Assembly: GCA_011364965.1 (NCBI GenBank)
Contig: RDOB01000004.1
Location: forward strand, 392,769 to 456,768
Origin: Candidatus Heimdallarchaeota archaeon
GTDB lineage: Archaea; Asgardarchaeota; Heimdallarchaeia; Hodarchaeales; Hodarchaeaceae
DNA length: 64,000 bases
Reading direction: 5' to 3'
The position numbers and the translations under genes are program-made. Positions 20,648 through 31,635 of this stretch are shown piece by piece (the stretch's first letter is position 1; every line of letters starts with the position of its first letter). A model generated the notes under the pieces. That model was not told the DNA's origin. It worked only from the letters and a program-made list of their open reading frames with translations, and did not search any database.

Positions 20648-20723
20648 ATTAAACAGTCGCTCCTCTTGAAGGAAATCCAGCTACTGTTTTATTCAAAAAA
20701 TATTTAAACTTTGTGCCGATTGA

Positions 20724-20758
20724 ATATTCCAAAGGAATATACTTTAGGAATATACTTT
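20724..20758. promoter_or_regulatory. Candidate PadR operator array upstream of arsM
   Basis: Inverted repeat ATATTCC-AAA-GGAATAT overlapping the tandem repeat AGGAATATACTTT x2. Confidence 0.6.
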
Positions 20759-20776
20759 CTCTTTCCTAAATAGTAA

Positions 20777-21742
20777 ATGGAGATCGAAGATATAATGAAA
20801 GATGAAAAAAGTCTTGAAAAACCAAGGAATTATTCTTGTTGTGGGTCTACTCCCTCAGAATCAGCTAAGGATGACCAATCAATTATAGAAGATGAAAAAA
20901 TTCGTCAGAAAATACGACAACAATATGCAAATTTTGCAAACCAAAGTACATCATCCCAGACTGAAGTGGTCAATCCTGGTAATTATACTTCCTATACTGA
21001 GGAGGATTTACAAAAGCTTCCTGAAGGAGCTGATTTGGGTTTAGGCTCTGGAAATCCAGTAGCGTTGGCTGATATTCGTGAAGGAGAAGTAATCGTAGAT
21101 CTAGGGTCGGGTGCAGGTATTGATTGTTTTTTAGCTTCGCAAAAAACTGGGGATAGTGGTAAAGTTATAGGAATTGACATGACAGCAGAGATGATCAGCA
21201 AAGCGAGGAGTAACGCTAGAGGAAGTGGATTAAAAAATATAGAATTCAGATTGGGGGAAATTGAACATCTACCTGTCGCAGATAGCTCGGTCGATGTAAT
21301 AATTTCAAATTGCGTTATCAACCTTTCTATGGATAAGCTCCAAGTTTTTAGAGAGGCATACAGAATTTTAAAACCCGGAGGAAGATTAATGATTTCGGAT
21401 ATAGTCTTGCAGGAGGAATTTCCAGAAGTGGTGAAAAAAGCTCTGGCTGATGCACCAGGTTGTGTCTCTAGAGCTTGGGTTAGAGAGGATTATTTGACTG
21501 TTATTGAAGAAGCTGGTTTTGAAGCGGTAGAAATGATTGAAGCTCAAGTAATTCGACCTCAAAAAAAAATAGAAGAACAAGCAAATGGAACATTCAAAGG
21601 TAAAATTATTAGTGATGGTCAAGCTGTTGAAGTTGATTTAAGTCCTGATGAGGCAACTCGTTTAGCGAATACAATTATGAAAGCCCATATTAAAGCTATC
21701 AAACCCTTAACCCCCTCAGATTACGAAAATTTGAACCATTAA
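20777..21742 (+). CDS. arsM: Arsenite S-adenosylmethionine methyltransferase
   Basis: LGLGSGNP, VDLGSGAGIDC, EFRLGEIEHLP, IISNCVINL, GCVS. Confidence 0.9.
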   Translation: MEIEDIMKDEKSLEKPRNYSCCGSTPSESAKDDQSIIEDEKIRQKIRQQYANFANQSTSSQTEVVNPGNYTSYTEEDLQKLPEGADLGLGSGNPVALADIREGEVIVDLGSGAGIDCFLASQKTGDSGKVIGIDMTAEMISKARSNARGSGLKNIEFRLGEIEHLPVADSSVDVIISNCVINLSMDKLQVFREAYRILKPGGRLMISDIVLQEEFPEVVKKALADAPGCVSRAWVREDYLTVIEEAGFEAVEMIEAQVIRPQKKIEEQANGTFKGKIISDGQAVEVDLSPDEATRLANTIMKAHIKAIKPLTPSDYENLNH

Positions 21743-21836
21743 GCTTATTTTTTGAGAAAATAACTTCTGTGAGGTGTTACAGTACTACCGAAGACTAATA
21801 TGGTAAGACAAAAAAAACAATATCGAGGCATTCTGT

Positions 21837-22454
21837 GTGATTATTACAAATCCACTCCCTGATATAATCGTATACACAAAGTTCATAATCATTGCTGACA
21901 TCGCTAATCCTTATACACTTAATATTCCCTTTTTTTGTCAACGCTGTGGACAGTGTTGCAGGGATATTGCCTTTCCAGAACCTAAACAATTCATGAAACT
22001 GGCTCAGAAATTTTCAGACCAGATTCAGGTCTTCCTTGATGATCCTGATCTCGCAGATAGAGGGTTAAAGAAACCTTGTTTCTTTTTACAAGTCAATAAC
22101 CTTTGCTCGATCTACCAAGAGAGAACTAAACTTTGTCGGGAGTGGTTCCCTCGTAGTGGAAAAAAATGTCCAGCATATCTTCAACACATTAAGATATGCA
22201 GATATTTTTTAAAAAATCAAGCATACCAAGTAGGAGTACGGGAGCTTATCTACATAGGAGAGAAATCTTACGATCCCAATTATCCTCTAGTTAAAAATCT
22301 GGAAGAAATCAATCGAGAATTAATAGACTACATTTATCCATCCGAATCCATTGCAAGGAGAATTTGGAGACAAATACTTCAGCTGCGACTCAAAGAAGAG
22401 GAAAAACTAATTTTTCGTGCAATAAATCCGATTTTTACACACATTTTAATGTGA
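21837..22454 (+). CDS. YkgJ-family cysteine-cluster protein
   Basis: CQRCGQCC...PCFFL...CSIYQER..LCREWFP. Confidence 0.8.
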   Translation: MIITNPLPDIIVYTKFIIIADIANPYTLNIPFFCQRCGQCCRDIAFPEPKQFMKLAQKFSDQIQVFLDDPDLADRGLKKPCFFLQVNNLCSIYQERTKLCREWFPRSGKKCPAYLQHIKICRYFLKNQAYQVGVRELIYIGEKSYDPNYPLVKNLEEINRELIDYIYPSESIARRIWRQILQLRLKEEEKLIFRAINPIFTHILM

Positions 22455-22467
22455 AAATCCAAAGGGT

Positions 22468-22935
22468 TTAGGTTCTCATCCTGTAAGTCATTTCATTGTG
22501 GATACTTTCAAAACCAAATTTCTCGTATAACTTCTGCCCAGTTTCAGTTGTGTGGAGACGGATGAGAGAAACTCCTTGCTCCTGAACATAATTCACTAAG
22601 GTTTTAAATAATAACGATCCAATACCCTTATTTCGCCATTTTGAGAGTGTAAACATGTTCATAATATATGCTTCTTTACCTGATGGATTATTGGGAGAAG
22701 GAGGTTTCTGAAGAAAAACAAGACCACTGACTGCAATCACTGATCCCTCTGATTCTGCAAGCCATGCAATAAACTCATTTCTTTCAATCGCAGATTGAAA
22801 ATAATCAAAACAAGCTTGGGAAAAAGGTTTTTCCTCTTGTACCGATGAAATTAGATTCATTTCACGAAATAATTTAATACGAAACATGATCAAGGATGGA
22901 ATATCTTTAGCAGTGACTTGCCGAATGGTATACAT
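22468..22935 (-). CDS. GNAT acetyltransferase
   Basis: NMFTLSKWRNKGIG, LYEKFGF. Confidence 0.9.
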   Translation of the reverse strand: MYTIRQVTAKDIPSLIMFRIKLFREMNLISSVQEEKPFSQACFDYFQSAIERNEFIAWLAESEGSVIAVSGLVFLQKPPSPNNPSGKEAYIMNMFTLSKWRNKGIGSLLFKTLVNYVQEQGVSLIRLHTTETGQKLYEKFGFESIHNEMTYRMRT

Positions 22936-23318
22936 CTACTTTCAATCCATTAAAATAATAATAATACCGAGTAATAACATTTGACTGAGAAATTTTAGAA
23001 TTGGTAATATCCCGTAATTTATTTGGTAATAAGTTTTTGTTTATAGGGATTCAAATTTCAAATGAATAAATTTTCTGATTTTAAGTTTGGTATTCGTGGA
23101 ATTATTTAGGGGATATTCTCTTGAAATAACCTAAAGGAGACTCTTTTTTATGAAATTATATCCAGAATGTAAAAAATGGCCTAATAATCTCTTCTTAAAT
23201 AATTAATGACTAGAATCTTAGCTAGTAGACGTCCGAACATCAATTCTCGAATGTCTCGTTTCCGAAGGAAAAAAGAACCCAGTTATTAGTTTCTTGAATA
23301 GTATGAATATGTGTGCAT

Positions 23319-24146
23319 TTATTCAAACCTAAAGTGGACAATTCGAGACATTTTTCTGATGAAGGGAATGAACCTTAAGATCTTGAAGATTCCTATTCTC
23401 GCTTCTCTTTCATTAAAAAAAGACCATTCACTGACGAATTGAAGTTTTGGGCTCCAATTCTCAATTTCATGTATATCTTTCAACCCCCATTTGAATTCTG
23501 CTTGAAACTCTTTAAGACCGATATTCTTATTGACATCTTTGACCATAAAATTAGTATAAACATCAAAAAAAATCTCTGCTTTCGGAAATGAATTCACCAT
23601 TTCTCGGAAGAGGGATTTCACTTTTATCAATGGGAGATATACCAGAACTGCTTCTGCTATAAAAAGAACTGGGTCTTGAATTTTAGATGAAAGTGAAAGA
23701 ATCCTTGGAATCCAAGAGTAATCAAGAAGTGAATATCCAAGAAATGGATTTCTTGGATTTTCAGATAGGAGTTTTTTTCTGATATTGATAACCTCGGGAA
23801 GATCAAGATCAATAAAAGTAAGAAAGCCATTATCTATCCGTTCAAAACGGCTGTCCAATCCTGATCCAAAACTAACGACTAATCCCTTAGGATATTTTTC
23901 GAGATATGATCTGACTTGGTTATCAAAATACCTAGCACGCAAGGCATGTCCGACAATCGCGGGTTTTTCTAAGGAATTTTGAAGAGATAGAAAATCAAAA
24001 TCAATATGCTCTATAAGTTCTAAGGCCTTTTTGTCATTCAAAATAGATTTTTGCGCCTTTGCATCAAGTGCTCGAGAGAGTAGGGGCATTAACAAGGTGT
24101 TTTCCACTCCTGTTAGCTGGTCGACTTTAACATATTGATTTTGCAT
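23319..24146 (-). CDS. Class I SAM-dependent methyltransferase (LCM/TcmP-like)
   Basis: TLLMPLLSRA, FGSGLDSRF, DLDLPEVI, IAEAVLVYL. Confidence 0.88.
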   Translation of the reverse strand: MQNQYVKVDQLTGVENTLLMPLLSRALDAKAQKSILNDKKALELIEHIDFDFLSLQNSLEKPAIVGHALRARYFDNQVRSYLEKYPKGLVVSFGSGLDSRFERIDNGFLTFIDLDLPEVINIRKKLLSENPRNPFLGYSLLDYSWIPRILSLSSKIQDPVLFIAEAVLVYLPLIKVKSLFREMVNSFPKAEIFFDVYTNFMVKDVNKNIGLKEFQAEFKWGLKDIHEIENWSPKLQFVSEWSFFNEREARIGIFKILRFIPFIRKMSRIVHFRFE

Positions 24147-24487
24147 GATTTTTATCCTACTTTATTGAAATTAAAAAGGTACTATTGTTCTCTATGTAAA
24201 TGCTCCAGACTTCAGAAATGTGAAATAGAAACAGTAAAGTGATTTATACTCTCATAAAGAATAACTAAAAATTGTATCTGATTTGAAAATCGATTGAGAA
24301 TTTATTAAACTTAGAGAAAACAATTTGTAAAAGAGTAAAGAATATTTAATCAAAGGAGATCTTAATTTTTTCAATTTCTAAGCGCAAGGTTTAAATAAAA
24401 GAAAAACGCATTACTAACCGACGAATTTTACTAAGAAACAGTAAGAAGAGTCTCAACTATCATCAAAAGGTTAATCGAGGTGATATT

Positions 24488-24556
24488 GTGGCCGAAGAAA
24501 AGAAAAAAGAACAGATTCCTAAAAAGCCCCAAGAAACCAGAAAGCCTAAGAAATAA
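24488..24556 (+). CDS. Putative 22-aa Lys/Glu/Pro-rich small protein (MAEEKKKEQIPKKPQETRKPKK)
   Basis: GTG start just after a strong GAGGTGA SD-like motif; a downstream hairpin. Below the ORF-track cutoff. Confidence 0.45.
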   Translation: MAEEKKKEQIPKKPQETRKPKK

Positions 24557-24600
24557 CAGCTCTCTATGGTTGGCATATTGCTTTAAATTTACTTAAATTT

Positions 24601-24633
24601 TGGATAGGAAGTGTGTTGAACACTTCTTATCCA
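24601..24633. terminator. 14-bp stem-loop between convergent small ORF and MFS gene
   Basis: TGGATAGGAAGTGT-GTTGA-ACACTTCTTATCCA with one G:U pair. Confidence 0.5.
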
Positions 24634-24652
24634 TTCATTCTCTATTATTAAT

Positions 24653-26116
24653 CTATTTGCTGATTTTCTCTTTTTCAATACGTTTTATTTGCTGGTAATT
24701 CTTAAGAATACTTGAAGAGATATTTGTCATCTGTTTAAAACCTATTGAGATAGGTAAAACTCTAAAAAATTTCTTCATTTCTATAAAAACCTCTTGAATG
24801 ACAATTTTTTCGTCTACTTCTCCAACTTCTTGAATATTAGTTAGGAAAAATAAGGTAGTAGATCCTAGGAGCGCAGCTAGCAAAAATAATATATCAAAAC
24901 TATTGAATATCCAGAATGAAAACTTTAGAGTTGTCAACCCCTCATCTATTATTCCAGCTAATAAGGGTGCTATACCCGAAGCAAATGCAATAACAATATT
25001 TCGAACAGCCAAATAGGAAGTTGCATTTCCCCTAGGTGCAAGTTTTAGTCCAATATTTGCTGTTGCTAGATTTATTCCTGCAATAGAAATACCGATAAAA
25101 AGATAAATAAGAATTAATAGCGCTATAAGAACCAATCTAACCTTTATTAAGGGAGTAAAAATCCATAAGAAAATACTGAATAATAATAACGGACACGAGA
25201 TAAGTAGGACTGATTTATTACTGAATTTGTCAATAATATTTCCCCAAATCCTAAAGAAGAATACATTTACTAATTGGGACATCATTTGAAAGATAATAAT
25301 CAGACTTAGATCCAATTTCAGGATGTTTATTAAATAAACTGTAAAGAAAGGAGTGGCTAAATTAATGAAAAAGTTCCAAGTGAAAAGAAATAGAATCAAG
25401 TGCTTGAAATTGATGTCTCCAAAAGGAGTGAGAAAAATCCGTGTGTAATTATTACGAGAAATTATAGGTTTGATTTTCATCTGAGGCTCGAATATTAAGG
25501 AAACGATGCCCACTCCGATCATGCCTACAATAAATCCCCCTAGAAAAAGAATAGAATAAGCATATAATAAAGTTGAAGGAGATGTTGCACGCCAGTAGTC
25601 AAGGAAAAGTCCAGCGATAAGCGCAACCACGATACCAAAACCCATGGCCCAAGTCATTCTTCGGGAAAAAAAATGTCCCATCACTTCTTCAGGAATTAAA
25701 TCTCTCATCCAGGAATCCCAACTGCAATTACCTATGGCTCCAATTGAATAGTGCAGAGCAATTAGAACAAGTAATGTTGGAATTGCTAATTCTATTGAAT
25801 ATAAAACAGGCACAAATATCATAGGAAGAAGAAAAAATCGAGAAAGTGAGGTGGCAATAATATTGATTCTTCTTCTAACTTGATATTTTTCAATTAAATA
25901 AATAGCTGGAATTTGAATAAGTTGGGCTAAAAAGGGAATAGCAATGATAAAACCAATAATTATACTGTTGGCACCTAAATCAAGAGCAAAAGAAATTAAA
26001 AATACTCCACTAGTTAAAGTAAGCATGATTTGGGTAGTGATCCCATCTCTAAGAACTCGGATTAAGCTCTGTCGGGTCTCCTCTTCTGATAATGACTCCT
26101 TAGTTCGAGATTTCAT
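24653..26116 (-). CDS. MFS transporter
   Basis: About 12 TM segments; WDSWMRDLIP, WGNIIDKFSNK. Confidence 0.88.
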   Translation of the reverse strand: MKSRTKESLSEEETRQSLIRVLRDGITTQIMLTLTSGVFLISFALDLGANSIIIGFIIAIPFLAQLIQIPAIYLIEKYQVRRRINIIATSLSRFFLLPMIFVPVLYSIELAIPTLLVLIALHYSIGAIGNCSWDSWMRDLIPEEVMGHFFSRRMTWAMGFGIVVALIAGLFLDYWRATSPSTLLYAYSILFLGGFIVGMIGVGIVSLIFEPQMKIKPIISRNNYTRIFLTPFGDINFKHLILFLFTWNFFINLATPFFTVYLINILKLDLSLIIIFQMMSQLVNVFFFRIWGNIIDKFSNKSVLLISCPLLLFSIFLWIFTPLIKVRLVLIALLILIYLFIGISIAGINLATANIGLKLAPRGNATSYLAVRNIVIAFASGIAPLLAGIIDEGLTTLKFSFWIFNSFDILFLLAALLGSTTLFFLTNIQEVGEVDEKIVIQEVFIEMKKFFRVLPISIGFKQMTNISSSILKNYQQIKRIEKEKISK

Positions 26117-26450
26117 TGCTTAATCTCCAATATTCCTCAATACCTCTGTTAAATTAACCCAACATAAAAAGCTGTTTCATCCTACCTGAATGCAAAATTC
26201 ATCAATATAACCTGATGAGGCCTCTTCTTTCTGAACATTAAATTGGCCCCTACTATTGATAACATTCAGATCCCTAAATTAATTAAATAATAATAATGGG
26301 GAAAAAAACTAATAGATTAACTAAAGTAAGAATCTAAAGATATATACCGCGAAAACCAGTTTAATAATAAGATTCAAGACCGATTAAAATGAATAGAAAT
26401 TCAAGTTAAACGATATTTATAGGTCAAAACGCGCTTAAATGTGATTTCCT

Positions 26451-28031
26451 GTGATAAATCACTCAAAAATAGAATTTAAGAAAATTGAAACCCTTTTACA
26501 GAAAGGAAAATTTTCTTTAGCATATAATATAATTATAGAAAATCTAAAAGAAAATAATTTGTTAAATAGAGATCAAGTAACACTAAAGCTCCTGATGGGT
26601 CAATGTTTTGTCAAACAGGGAAAATTTCAAGAAGCCATTGATATCATTACAAGCATTTCAACTGAATGTGAAAGATTAGGAGAAATTAATTTAACAATTC
26701 AAGCTTTTCTTCTCCTTACAGAAATATATTGGCGTATGGGAAAAATAATCGAGAGTAAAGAAGTCCTCACCCAATGTGAAGTCCTTCTAGAAGGATTGAG
26801 TGAGGAAAAATCCAAAAGGAAAGGGGAATACTTTCACCAGAAAGGAAGCATTCAGATGCGACAAGGAGAGCTGGATGACGCTCTCTCCTCATTTCAAACA
26901 GCTTTCGAATATCAAAAAGAAAATGAGCAGCTATATAATTTGGGGCAGACATTAAATTCTATTGGAGTAACCTACTTCTTCAAAGGAAAATTAAATGAAG
27001 CATTAAAAAGCTATAACCTATCCATAGAGTTTAAAGAGGAATTAGGAAATCCCCAGCAAATCGCTATTGCATATAATAACATTGGAGACGTTTATCATAC
27101 TCAGGGAGAATTAAAAAAGGCATATGAATATTATACAAAAGCTTTAGACCTCTTCAAAGAATCAGGAAATAAAGAACACATTTTTTCAGGATATCACAAT
27201 ATTGGAAAATTTTTTCATCAAAAACGCGATTTTGTGAACGCGAGAGATTATTTTACTAAAGCTGCAGAAATTGCAGAAGAATCAAAAAATGTTTTCAGTC
27301 TTTCAGAAAATCTATTTCACCAGATTTTGGTGAGTCTGGATTTAAAGGACCCAAAAACAACAAATATCTATTTAGAACAATTGCAGAGAATATCTAAGGG
27401 AAATCCTAATAAAATCATACAACTGAGACTTAGAGTCGCTCAAGCATTAGTACAAAAGACAACGACCCGAATCAAAGACAGGATGACTGCCTTGAGCTCA
27501 TTGCAATCGCTTATTGCAGAAAAACCTGTAAATCACGAATTATTGGTTATAGCTATGCTTCATACAACTGAATTATTGCTATACGAACTAAAGCTTTCAG
27601 AAACAAACGAAGAAGAGGTGCTACAGGAATTAAAAAATCTAGCCAGTTCTCTAGAGAAGATAGCTCAAGACCAACAACTCCATTCACTCCTTGCAGAAAC
27701 CTACCTATTGCAATCACGACTTGCTCTCATAGATTTAGACATCAAGAGGACAAAAGAGCTCCTGATGACAGCACAACTAATAGCTGATGAAAGAGGGTTA
27801 ATAAAATTAGCATCCACCATTAAAAATGAATTAGAATTATTGAAATCACAATTAAACAATTGGGAATTCATAATCGAGCAAAAACCAAACGTGAAAGATA
27901 TCTCTGCACTTAGCCTGATCGATGACCTAGTTCAAAGGATGATCAGACGCAAAGTATATCTGAGTGAGAGGGAAGCGATGGATTATTTAACGGAGGCAAA
28001 GCGTCTATTGAAAACTTGGGAAAAAACGTGA
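26451..28031 (+). CDS. Tetratricopeptide-repeat protein
   Basis: Tandem TPRs (LNSIGVTY..KG, AYNNIGDVY..QG, YHNIG). Confidence 0.88.
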   Translation: MINHSKIEFKKIETLLQKGKFSLAYNIIIENLKENNLLNRDQVTLKLLMGQCFVKQGKFQEAIDIITSISTECERLGEINLTIQAFLLLTEIYWRMGKIIESKEVLTQCEVLLEGLSEEKSKRKGEYFHQKGSIQMRQGELDDALSSFQTAFEYQKENEQLYNLGQTLNSIGVTYFFKGKLNEALKSYNLSIEFKEELGNPQQIAIAYNNIGDVYHTQGELKKAYEYYTKALDLFKESGNKEHIFSGYHNIGKFFHQKRDFVNARDYFTKAAEIAEESKNVFSLSENLFHQILVSLDLKDPKTTNIYLEQLQRISKGNPNKIIQLRLRVAQALVQKTTTRIKDRMTALSSLQSLIAEKPVNHELLVIAMLHTTELLLYELKLSETNEEEVLQELKNLASSLEKIAQDQQLHSLLAETYLLQSRLALIDLDIKRTKELLMTAQLIADERGLIKLASTIKNELELLKSQLNNWEFIIEQKPNVKDISALSLIDDLVQRMIRRKVYLSEREAMDYLTEAKRLLKTWEKT

Positions 28032-29050
28032 ATACCTCATATAAACACGAATCTCTTCTCTATGAAAAATTAGGTGAAAAGAAAGTCCAATGTCTCACCT
28101 GTGAACATCAATGCCTCATTCAACAAGGAAAAATAGGGAGATGTAATACACGGATAAATGAAGAGGGAATTTTATATACGTTAAACTATGGTTTGGTGTC
28201 CTCCTATTCAATTAATCCCATTGAAAAAAAACCGTTATTTCATTATCATCCAGGGACATATGCTGCCACTTTAGGATCGTTATCGTGTAATTTTAGCTGT
28301 TTATGGTGTCAAAACTGGGAAATAAGCAAAACAAATCCATTTGAGACTGCAACTACTAGTTTTTTATCCCCAAATGAAGTTGAAAGGAGAATAATTAAAA
28401 ATAGTGCGATAACTGGAGTTTCGTTTTCTTTCAATGAACCTACTTTGTCACTGGAATACGCTCTTGATATATTTAACCTTTTAGATGACAATATCTACAA
28501 AATGCTTGTAACTAATGGGTATATGACGATAAAAGCACTAGATTTATTGATCAAGGGAGGACTAACAGGGGTGAGCGTTACGATCAAAGGGGATGAATCA
28601 ATGGTAAAAAAATATTGTAAAGCGAATGTGAGTAAAGTATGGGAGAAAATTGAGTATCTAGTGGAGAAAGGAATTCATGTTGAAATTATCTGCTTAATTA
28701 TCCCCACCCTAAACGATAACATTGCTTTTTATCAAGAAGTATCCACAAAAATCTTGACTATAGACAAAAAAATACCACTGCATTTCACTCGATTCTTCCC
28801 GAGTTATAAATTTACCCAAGTGGAAGCTACGCCAATTAGTACTCTAGAGAAAGCTCATGGAACAGCAAAAAGGATAGGTTTAGAGTACGTATACCTTGGA
28901 AATGTTAACGGTCACACACTGGAAAATACATATTGTCCTAAGTGTCAGGAACTCCTGATCCAGCGGACTGGTTATCGCCTCAAGATGTATTTAGATCTCA
29001 AAAAAGCCCAATGTCCGAAGTGTGGTTTGATGATTCCACTCCAAACCTAA
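28028..29050 (+). CDS. amrS: AmmeMemoRadiSam-type radical SAM enzyme (PFL-activase-like)
   Basis: CLTCEHQC, NPIEKKPLFHYHPG, CNFSCLWCQNWEIS, PLHFTRFFP, YVYLGNV, C-terminal CPKC. GTG overlaps the TPR stop. Confidence 0.88.
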   Translation: MNTSYKHESLLYEKLGEKKVQCLTCEHQCLIQQGKIGRCNTRINEEGILYTLNYGLVSSYSINPIEKKPLFHYHPGTYAATLGSLSCNFSCLWCQNWEISKTNPFETATTSFLSPNEVERRIIKNSAITGVSFSFNEPTLSLEYALDIFNLLDDNIYKMLVTNGYMTIKALDLLIKGGLTGVSVTIKGDESMVKKYCKANVSKVWEKIEYLVEKGIHVEIICLIIPTLNDNIAFYQEVSTKILTIDKKIPLHFTRFFPSYKFTQVEATPISTLEKAHGTAKRIGLEYVYLGNVNGHTLENTYCPKCQELLIQRTGYRLKMYLDLKKAQCPKCGLMIPLQT

Positions 29051-29307
29051 ATTATAAAGATGAAACTTGAATATCAAATAAAAATCAGATAATATTCGTT
29101 GAAATATGGCATCTGGATACAATGAGATCCGAGCAGACACGTTATTTATTTTTTTGGTCTACTGCCTTTATGAATAGCATGGATTTATACCTAATTTATC
29201 AATAAATTAGCTGAATTGAACTAGCACATAATTACCTAATTTAAGTCAGAAAATCCTCTTATTGAAAAATTTATTAGACCATCCTATTTTTAAGAAATTG
29301 AACAATA

Positions 29308-30123
29308 ATGGTTGAGATCATAAAATCCCATCCCATATTCTTCTATTTCTTTTTTGCCCTTACTTTTGCATGGATAATCTGGATCCCAATGGCTTTACAT
29401 ACACTAGGAGTCATAAATTTCCCTTTTCCTATAATAATTGGACAATCATTGGGCACAATTAGTGTTCTAGCAGCATTATTTGTGTTGGAAAAGCTTACTA
29501 AGAAAGAAGTAACATTAAATGAAATTTTTAATAAAGCAAAAGTTAAAGATGTTAATATATTGTGGTTTGTCGTAGCAACTTTTTTATTACCGCTATTCAC
29601 CGTCCTAGGTAATATGTTAGATTATATTTTGACTTTGGAACCTAGTTATCAATTATTTAAGGCCGAAGTATTTGATACAGTGGGAATAACCATAATAATT
29701 TTAATACCCCTCACTCTAGTGGCAGGATTATTGAGTAGTCCCATATTGGAGGAACCTGGTTGGCGAGGATTTGCTATTGAGCGACTCCAAATGCGATATG
29801 GGGTGTTTTTGGGGAGTCTTATCCTTGGAACTCTCTGGTGGATATGGCATCAGCCAATAAATATAGCAAATGGACTCCCAGTAACAATTTATTCCTATTT
29901 AGGAATGGTCATCATGTCTTTTGCCATTGATACGATTTATAATCTCTCAGACCATAATTTATTAAGCGCAATGATAATGCACAGTTCAGCATTCGTGAGA
30001 CTTAGTTATTTTTATTCTAATTCTGAGAGTATTGGAGTATTAGTGGTCAGTATTGTAGGGGTCGTGGCGTTGAAAATTATTGCTAGAAATCAGCAAAAAT
30101 CAAGTCAAGAAAAACAAATTTAG
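29308..30123 (+). CDS. CPBP (CAAX/Abi) intramembrane glutamic protease
   Basis: EEPGWRGF, WWIWH, AMIMH. Confidence 0.9.
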   Translation: MVEIIKSHPIFFYFFFALTFAWIIWIPMALHTLGVINFPFPIIIGQSLGTISVLAALFVLEKLTKKEVTLNEIFNKAKVKDVNILWFVVATFLLPLFTVLGNMLDYILTLEPSYQLFKAEVFDTVGITIIILIPLTLVAGLLSSPILEEPGWRGFAIERLQMRYGVFLGSLILGTLWWIWHQPINIANGLPVTIYSYLGMVIMSFAIDTIYNLSDHNLLSAMIMHSSAFVRLSYFYSNSESIGVLVVSIVGVVALKIIARNQQKSSQEKQI

Positions 30124-30129
30124 GGCATA

Positions 30130-31635
30130 TTATATCATTGGAATTTTAATTTGAAAGAGGGTTCGTTCAGAATTAGAATGAACTGCGATTTTCCAACCAT
30201 GAGCCTCAATAATTTTTTTGACAATTGGGAGGCCTAATCCCATACTGTCCTTGGAGGTGCTGAATCCATAATCAAAGATCTGATTCTGAATTTCTTGAGG
30301 AATAGGAGTTCCATCATTCAAGATCAGAATGAAAACCCCCTCATCATCATTCACACTTTGGACAGAAATCTTATTGGGTATGCCATGGATAACCGCATTT
30401 TCAAAGAGATTCTTAAACACTTGGGCTAGTCGTTCTTCATCACAGAGAACTGAGGGAAGAGGTTGAACCAAAAAGCTTATAGTTTTAGGAATAGTAACTT
30501 TAGCGACTCGCTTCACTAAATGATTTAGATCTACTACTGCATTTTTCTCAATCGATAATCCTGCATCTGCAAGCATCAAAGAACGACTCATTAACCGTTT
30601 CATATAGTCAACCTGATGATCAATAATGGTACTAGCATCATAATCGAGGTCTAAAAGACCAATGTAACCTTCAATTAAGGTTAAGCAATTATTGATATCA
30701 TGAGAAATAAAATGCGCAAACTCACTTAATTCTTCTTTCTGCCGTCGGAGGGTGTTTTCTACCTGTTTTTGATCCGTAATATCAATAACTGAGACGATCA
30801 CCTTTTCTAAGGTATCTTCATACCCTGGAATGACAGATAAGCGGACAATCACATCAATCATTTCCCCCGTTAACTTGTAACCCGGAAATTCACTCTGATA
30901 CACCGTTTCTCCATTAAAAAGGGCATTTAATTCTTCTTTAAAAAGCTCCAAGGCTTGATCATTGAAGAAAGCAGGTAAACCAGCATAAAATTCCTCCTTT
31001 GTACGAGCATTATACAATTTGAGAGTCGTATTGTTCACATTGATAATTCTTACCATTTTTGAGAGTTTTGCAACTTCCTCAGGATTCTGTTCCAAGTATC
31101 GCCGTAAATCAGAAACACTCTGAGCCTTTAAACTTTGAAAATACTGCTTGACTAAGGAAAAATCTTCCTCCCACAGACTCACTGGAGACTCATTAAAAAT
31201 AATTCGATAACGCTCCTCACTTTCAATTAAAGCGCGTTCCATCTGTTCATGGTGAACCACTTGCCGAATGATATGATATAGCTCTCCACAGAGCATTTTT
31301 ATTTCCCCCCGCTTCTCCAAGTAATGATTGGCTCCAAGATTTAAAGCCTGAATAGCAACTTCTTCTCGGCCTCGGCCTGTCAGAAATATCACGGGAATAG
31401 TATTGTTTTGAGTCCGTAGCTGTTGTAAGAGCTCTAATCCATCCATCCCCGGCATTTGATAATCAGTAATAATCACATCAATAGAATGTGACTCTAGGAC
31501 TTCAAAAACTTGGAAAGGGTCAGTAAGAGAATAGATAGTGAGTTCATTATTACCAACGCCTTTCATATATCGTTTAATCAGCTCTAAAAACGTAATTTCG
31601 TCATCAATATGAAGGACAGAAATCAAATGATCCAT
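30130..31635 (-). CDS. Hybrid receiver-PAS-histidine kinase
   Basis: VLHIDDE, TDYQMPGMDG receiver; PAS-like middle; SHDINN H-box, NLFENA, GLGL. Start at Met 31635 is likely. Confidence 0.9.
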   Translation of the reverse strand: MDHLISVLHIDDEITFLELIKRYMKGVGNNELTIYSLTDPFQVFEVLESHSIDVIITDYQMPGMDGLELLQQLRTQNNTIPVIFLTGRGREEVAIQALNLGANHYLEKRGEIKMLCGELYHIIRQVVHHEQMERALIESEERYRIIFNESPVSLWEEDFSLVKQYFQSLKAQSVSDLRRYLEQNPEEVAKLSKMVRIINVNNTTLKLYNARTKEEFYAGLPAFFNDQALELFKEELNALFNGETVYQSEFPGYKLTGEMIDVIVRLSVIPGYEDTLEKVIVSVIDITDQKQVENTLRRQKEELSEFAHFISHDINNCLTLIEGYIGLLDLDYDASTIIDHQVDYMKRLMSRSLMLADAGLSIEKNAVVDLNHLVKRVAKVTIPKTISFLVQPLPSVLCDEERLAQVFKNLFENAVIHGIPNKISVQSVNDDEGVFILILNDGTPIPQEIQNQIFDYGFSTSKDSMGLGLPIVKKIIEAHGWKIAVHSNSERTLFQIKIPMI

